Positions 59,056 to 64,000 of a stretch of DNA of 64,000 bases are shown here, one piece after another. Origin of the DNA: an uncultured Akkermansia sp. (GTDB lineage: Bacteria; Bacteroidota; Bacteroidia; Flavobacteriales_D; Crocinitomicaceae); NCBI GenBank assembly GCA_964577845.1, contig CAZOAH010000011.1, positions 1,916 to 65,915 of the forward strand, written 5' to 3'. The translations under genes and the position numbers were made by a program. The notes under the pieces are model-generated. The model was not told the DNA's origin. It did no database searches and saw only the letters and a list, made by a program, of their open reading frames with translations. How positions within the stretch are numbered: the first letter of the stretch is position 1; each line of letters opens with the position of its first letter.

Positions 59056-61103
59056 AAATTCAATAGCTGATCTAATGCATCTTTAACATGTTGGCTATTG
59101 GTCAACAGCGCAGCCTCCAATGTTGAATTCAATGGAATTGCCGGGGTATCAATAGAACCTATAATACCAATTGGTGCATCCAAATATTGAAAATTATCAC
59201 GTTGTATACGACCTGCCAATCCAAGCGTGAACGTATTTTCTACAGATTCCTCTGTCACCAACATTACCTTTCCATGTTTTTGAGTCGCATTGTTAATCGC
59301 GTCAATATCCAATGGATTTAGAGATCGCAAATCCAAAATTTCAACTTGCCCCTCAAAAGTTTTCGCTGCTTCCAAAGTCCAATAAACGCCTCGTCCATAA
59401 GTTATAACGACACATGATGTTCCGTTTTTTATTGCATCAGACGAAGCTTCTTGCACCGTTCTTGCCTTACCAAATGGAATAATATAATCCTCGTCAGGCT
59501 CAATGGACATCGCTCCTTCAGTTCCGGGGATTTTTGACCAATATAAGCCTTTATGTTCTAACAATACAACTGGATTAGGATCGTAAAAAGCTGCTTTCAT
59601 TAACCCTTTAAGATCTGCTCCTGTAGAGGGATAAGCCACTTTTATACCTCTAATGTTTGTGAGCACAGATTCTACACTTGAGGAATGATAAGGTCCACCA
59701 GAACCATAGGCTCCGATTGGAACGCGAATAACACAGCTTACAGGCCATTTTCCATTGGAAAGGTAATATGAACGGGATACTTCAGTAAAAAGTTGATTCA
59801 AACCAGGCCAAATATAATCAGCAAACTGCACCTCAACAATTGGTTTAAGACCAACAGCAGACATTCCCACAGTTGAGCCAATAATAAAAGCTTCTTGAAT
59901 TGGCGTATTAAAAACCCTATCGTCTCCAAAAGTTTGTGCAAGTGTGGCTGCTTCTCGAAAAACTCCTCCCAAACGTCCACCTACATCTTGACCGTAAAGC
60001 AATGCTTCAGGATGTTTTTCCATGATTTCTCGCACAGCGAATAAGGCAGAATCCACCATTACCGTTTTCTTCTTTCCTTTAGGCTCGCGTTCCCCTTTTT
60101 CTTCCGTGATAGGGCTTGGAGCAAAAATAAAATTGGTAACCGATTCTGGATCAGGATCAGGAGCGTTTAGTGCATTTTCATAGGCTTCATCAACCTTTTT
60201 ACGGGCAGCAGCCTCAGTATTTACGATATCGGCTTCATCAATATTATTTGCCCTTAAAAGTTGTTTCAATTTGGGAAACGGATCTTTTTTAGCGGCTTCT
60301 TCCAAATCATCCCGATACCATTCTTTTCGTACTCCTGAAGTATGATGACCTAAAAGTGGCACCTTTGCATGGATTATAAACGGTCGTCTTTCCTTTCTTA
60401 CCGTTTCAAAAACTTCATTTACTGTATTAAATGCCAACTCAAAGTCAGTCCCATCTATCGTGCGAACTTCAATACCGTTGAATCCTCTAGCATATTCGGA
60501 CATGTCTTGAGCTCGTGTTTCTTTAGCATTTGCAGAAATATCCCAGCCATTATCTTGAACCAAATACACTATTGGAAATTGTTTCAAAGCCGCCATCTGA
60601 AGTGCCTCGGAAACTTCTCCCTCAGTGCATGAAGCATCGCCTAAGGAACAAACCACAACTGGATTTTCACCATTGTAATCTGGATTCAACCCCAACTTTT
60701 CTTTGTATTGAATTCCCATTGCTACGCCGGTTGTAGGAATTGCCTGCATTCCTGTTGCCGAAGATTGATGCGGAATTTTCGGCATTTCTTCACGATTCAA
60801 GGATGGGTGACTGTAATAGGTTCGGCCCCCTGAAAAAGGATCTTCTTTTTTGGCAAAAACTTGAAGCATAAGCTCATATGGTTCCATTCCTATTCCTAAA
60901 AGGATGCTATCATCTCGATAATAAGGCGCCACCCAATCTTGAGGTTTCAATTGCATTCCTACAGCTAGTTGAATGGCTTCATGACCTCTAGAAGTAGCAT
61001 GAACATATTTCGAAGTAATTTCCTTATTCGCTTCAAATTTCTCCGCCATAGTTTTGGCAGTGCTCATTAATCCGAATGCTTTCAGCAATATATTTTTTTG
61101 CAC
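59052..61103 (-). CDS. Fused alpha/beta E1 component of a 2-oxoacid dehydrogenase (TPP-dependent)
   Basis: 683 aa with a GTG start. The alpha-like half carries GDASCTEGEVSEALQMA. The beta/transketolase-like half carries VFNTPIQEAFIIGSTVGMS. Confidence 0.8.
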   Translation of the reverse strand: MQKNILLKAFGLMSTAKTMAEKFEANKEITSKYVHATSRGHEAIQLAVGMQLKPQDWVAPYYRDDSILLGIGMEPYELMLQVFAKKEDPFSGGRTYYSHPSLNREEMPKIPHQSSATGMQAIPTTGVAMGIQYKEKLGLNPDYNGENPVVVCSLGDASCTEGEVSEALQMAALKQFPIVYLVQDNGWDISANAKETRAQDMSEYARGFNGIEVRTIDGTDFELAFNTVNEVFETVRKERRPFIIHAKVPLLGHHTSGVRKEWYRDDLEEAAKKDPFPKLKQLLRANNIDEADIVNTEAAARKKVDEAYENALNAPDPDPESVTNFIFAPSPITEEKGEREPKGKKKTVMVDSALFAVREIMEKHPEALLYGQDVGGRLGGVFREAATLAQTFGDDRVFNTPIQEAFIIGSTVGMSAVGLKPIVEVQFADYIWPGLNQLFTEVSRSYYLSNGKWPVSCVIRVPIGAYGSGGPYHSSSVESVLTNIRGIKVAYPSTGADLKGLMKAAFYDPNPVVLLEHKGLYWSKIPGTEGAMSIEPDEDYIIPFGKARTVQEASSDAIKNGTSCVVITYGRGVYWTLEAAKTFEGQVEILDLRSLNPLDIDAINNATQKHGKVMLVTEESVENTFTLGLAGRIQRDNFQYLDAPIGIIGSIDTPAIPLNSTLEAALLTNSQHVKDALDQLLNF

Positions 61104-61143
61104 GATGCGATTTTTAAAATTCTAATATTGGTCAAATGCGCGC

Positions 61144-61151
61144 CAAAATTA
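61144..61151 (-). promoter_or_regulatory. Candidate -7 box (TAnnTTTG) for the E1 gene
   Basis: Minus strand reads TAATTTTG, about 41 nt upstream of the GTG at 61103. Confidence 0.35.
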
Positions 61152-61187
61152 ACACAATATAATGGAACAACTAAATTGGCAATCTGT

Positions 61188-63326
61188 TTATTGATTGTTA
61201 TCAATGATGTATTGCAAGACTTTTTCTATCAAATGAACCCGATCCTTTCCAACGACATTATGTTTGTGCATCGGATAAGGAAAGAAATCCATTTGGATAC
61301 CCAATTCAACAAATTTTTGCACTAAGGCTAAATTATGTTGCATTACAACAACGTCATCTGATGTTCCATGAATTAATAGTAAATCTCCCTTTAAATTGCC
61401 TGCATGCGTTAAAAGACTAGCTTGTTCATAACCCTTTGGATTTTGCTCAGGTCTGTCCATATAGCGCTCACCATACATGATTTCATAATATTTCCAATCT
61501 GTAACAGGTCCGCCAGCTACACCGACTTGGAAGACATCCGGTTCACGAAGCATTAATGAAGTTGTCATGAATCCACCGAAAGACCATCCATGGATAGCCA
61601 ATCTCGTGCTGTCTACAAAAGGTAAAGATTTCAAGTATTCAACTCCTGTTAATTGATCTTCAATTTCAACAGTGCCCAATTTTCTATGGATTTGAGACTC
61701 GAATTTCACGCCTCTTTCTGCAGAACCTCTGCCATCAACAGTGTAAACAAGATAACCTTGTTCCGCCATCCAAAACATCCATAAATCCGCATCATCCAAC
61801 CAAGAATTGGTAATCATTTGAGCATGAGGTCCACCGTATACATAAACCATCACAGGATATTTTTTTGTTGGATCAAAATTGCTGGGTTTTATCAATCTGC
61901 CATACAATGTGGAACCGTCATTTGCTGTTAAGGTCATCACTTCTGAAGTTCCTACTGCATAATTCGCTAATTTTTCTGGACTGGTAACGAGCTCTTTCGC
62001 CAATTTCCCATTTGTGGAATAAATCGCTGACTTATGTGGTGTATTGTGATTCGAATACCCATCATAGAAATGCTTACCGTCCGACGAAAGTTGAAAATCA
62101 TGAACACCTTCAACAGATGTTATCAATTTTTGCACACCATTTAAATCTACTTGGTAAACCATTGTATTTAAAGGATTTGGACCTGTTGCAGAAAAATATA
62201 CCGATTTTCCATCTGGACTTGCGGTAAGAATAGATTTCACCACAAATTCATTGTTTGTTAATTGCTTCAACAATAGACCATCAATGTCGTAGTAATATAA
62301 ATTGTTGAATCCACTTTTTTCTGAAATCCAGATGAAATTGTTCGATTTTGGATTGGGAAAAAATGCAGGATGCTCAGGTTCCACCCATGTTTGACTGGTT
62401 TCTTCAAGAATGGTATTGATAAAATTACCCGTTTGTGCATCATATACATTCAGCCACATGTGGTCTTGTTCGCGATTGACTTCTGCAATAAGAATGAATT
62501 TACCGTCAGGAGTGAAAGTTAAATTGGTCAGATAATGGTCTTTCTCTCCTCGAGGAGCAATCATTACAGTGTTACCACTTGCGAGATTATACAATCCGAC
62601 TTTTGGATATTCAGACAACTGTCCTGCCATTGGATATTTTATAAAATCTGCTTCCCCAGGCGTTGCGGTGATATCAAGCAAGGGATAATTATGAACATCT
62701 GTCTCATCTTTTTGATAGAAAGCCAAAATACCACCATCAGGTGACCAAAATAGACCACCGCTAATACCAAACTCGTTACGGGCAATAGATTGTCCAGAAA
62801 CAATGTTTGGGTCCGTGTTTTCAGTAACATTAATTTCCTTTCCCAGGGCAGTAGTAATTTTAATATTATTATCAATTGTGTATGCCAAATCTGATCTTTT
62901 ACTTATTAAGGGATTCGCAATTTCTTGAGAAAATGAATGAATCAGACTGCCTTTTTTAGTGCTCAAATTATAGGAGTAAAAATGCAATCCATCATTTATA
63001 CTGAATTCATCTTTTGATATCCATTCTAAGCCCCAAAAACTATATAACTCCGATGCCAAGGCTTCATTTAATTGCTTAATGGTTAAGATAACCTCCTCAT
63101 TTTTTCCGTTAACAGATGATTTGAACAAAGTTTGATAGGATTTATCGTTATAGGAATAGGAGTCTCCATTAGGAATCCATTGAAAACCATATAATCGGTC
63201 CGGCCCGAAAGTACGGTATTGACCTAAAACGGCATCTTTAAGAGTCAACTCAGTTTTCTGAGCGAAAAAAGACGCGGTTAAGAATATAAGAGCACTGGTC
63301 AAAAATAATTTTATCACATTATTCAT
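61188..63326 (-). CDS. Dipeptidyl peptidase IV / S9B prolyl oligopeptidase family
   Basis: Signal peptide, beta-propeller N-terminal half, catalytic serine in HGWSFGG, HGTSDDVV, MHKHN. ATG at 63326. Confidence 0.85.
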   Translation of the reverse strand: MNNVIKLFLTSALIFLTASFFAQKTELTLKDAVLGQYRTFGPDRLYGFQWIPNGDSYSYNDKSYQTLFKSSVNGKNEEVILTIKQLNEALASELYSFWGLEWISKDEFSINDGLHFYSYNLSTKKGSLIHSFSQEIANPLISKRSDLAYTIDNNIKITTALGKEINVTENTDPNIVSGQSIARNEFGISGGLFWSPDGGILAFYQKDETDVHNYPLLDITATPGEADFIKYPMAGQLSEYPKVGLYNLASGNTVMIAPRGEKDHYLTNLTFTPDGKFILIAEVNREQDHMWLNVYDAQTGNFINTILEETSQTWVEPEHPAFFPNPKSNNFIWISEKSGFNNLYYYDIDGLLLKQLTNNEFVVKSILTASPDGKSVYFSATGPNPLNTMVYQVDLNGVQKLITSVEGVHDFQLSSDGKHFYDGYSNHNTPHKSAIYSTNGKLAKELVTSPEKLANYAVGTSEVMTLTANDGSTLYGRLIKPSNFDPTKKYPVMVYVYGGPHAQMITNSWLDDADLWMFWMAEQGYLVYTVDGRGSAERGVKFESQIHRKLGTVEIEDQLTGVEYLKSLPFVDSTRLAIHGWSFGGFMTTSLMLREPDVFQVGVAGGPVTDWKYYEIMYGERYMDRPEQNPKGYEQASLLTHAGNLKGDLLLIHGTSDDVVVMQHNLALVQKFVELGIQMDFFPYPMHKHNVVGKDRVHLIEKVLQYIIDNNQ

Positions 63327-63346
63327 AACTTGAAATTTAATTTTAA

Positions 63347-64000
63347 TCAATAATTTTTCACTTTTTCGAAGAACAATAGCATTGGACGTGCGTCTTGGTA
63401 TAATTTTACAATTTGATTAATGAAATTATCTGATAAACATGACTTTGCATCCAATTGATGATAAAAATACCATTGTTTATTAAAAATAAGCGGTTCTTCG
63501 GCTGCTTTTTCTTTCAAATGGGATGGAAGTATTTTATTTTTCTCTCCTAAGATCGAACCGAAAGATTGTTTGAATTGATTGGAACTGTACAACTTTTGAA
63601 ATTCAGGCAAGTATTCCGCCAATCCTTCTCTAAAAAACAGCAAGCCTTCACCTGAAATCTCATAAACACCACCGTAAACACGAACATATTTGGGACTTAA
63701 TTCCAAATAAACTCCATTTACGTTCGTTGATTTTTTACCTCCATTTCGGAGAATTGCCGATAACATTAACTTATATGGCGCTTTATCTTTTGAAAAACGC
63801 ACATCACGATTGATTCTGAAAATACAGTCTTTGGCTTGCAAGTTTTGGAAAGACGCATCAATTTCACTCAGATTGAGAATAACCTGACTAATAAAATGGT
63901 GAAAAGGTTCCTTTACAACCGTTTCATAACGTTTTCTATTCAGATCAAACCAATCCTTATGATTGTTTCCTGACAAATCAATAAAAAACTGCAAAAAATC
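63347..64000 (-). CDS. DUF2461 family protein (5' end probably just beyond the right edge)
   Basis: DFLQFFIDLSGNNHKDWFDLNRKRYE and IFRINRDVRFSKDKAPYK match the family pattern. The frame is open to base 64000. Confidence 0.7.
   Translation of the reverse strand, partial: DFLQFFIDLSGNNHKDWFDLNRKRYETVVKEPFHHFISQVILNLSEIDASFQNLQAKDCIFRINRDVRFSKDKAPYKLMLSAILRNGGKKSTNVNGVYLELSPKYVRVYGGVYEISGEGLLFFREGLAEYLPEFQKLYSSNQFKQSFGSILGEKNKILPSHLKEKAAEEPLIFNKQWYFYHQLDAKSCLSDNFINQIVKLYQDARPMLLFFEKVKNY

Overview
This is an AT-rich chromosomal segment that looks like a Bacteroidota genome, probably Flavobacteriia-like. The hallmarks are T9SS components and T9SS-type C-terminal domains, TAnnTTTG -7 promoter boxes, a monomeric isocitrate dehydrogenase, a fused E1 alpha/beta 2-oxoacid dehydrogenase, and several TTG/GTG starts. 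Layout: (1) 1-2531 is the 5' part of a large LamG + PKD surface protein on the minus strand. It is absent from the ORF track because its stop lies off the left edge. (2) 2.7-22.7 kb is one co-directional 20-gene glycan locus of the ABC-transporter-dependent type (Wzm/Wzt). It carries WbqC, a NeuD-type acyltransferase, WecE, about seven glycosyltransferases, a PhyH-like dioxygenase, a GNAT, a CE4 deacetylase, an AsnB-like amidotransferase, a UDP-GlcA-4-epimerase-like SDR and WecB. (3) 22.7-23.3 kb is a decayed locus border with gene fragments. (4) 23.3-30.0 kb holds a lipoprotein, an rRNA m5C methyltransferase, tilS, pabB, an acyltransferase and an orphan HlyD-like protein. (5) 30.1-34.3 kb is a second AsnB-GT-GT module. 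(6) 34.4-40.4 kb holds rdgB, icd and three envelope proteins. (7) 40.5-49.4 kb holds frr-pyrH-tsf-rpsB, rpsI-rplM and a run of metabolic genes. (8) 49.6-55.9 kb holds a PorV/PorQ-like barrel gene immediately followed by a 1723-aa PorU-like C25 peptidase. (9) 55.9-64.0 kb holds a GAF-PP2C phosphatase overlapping lpxD, a CDF transporter, the fused E1, DPP-IV and a partial DUF2461 gene. I recognised no rRNA, tRNA, CRISPR array, transposase, integrase or phage gene. The best candidates for something new are the reversed-order PorV-like/PorU-like pair (a possible second T9SS sorting module) and the tailoring genes inside the glycan locus (dioxygenase plus unknown protein; GNAT/deacetylase/GT plus AsnB-like amidotransferase). 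The tailoring genes could build an N-acyl-exchanged, amidated uronic sugar of the kind used to anchor T9SS cargo. All functional calls rest on motif recognition by eye. No database search was possible.
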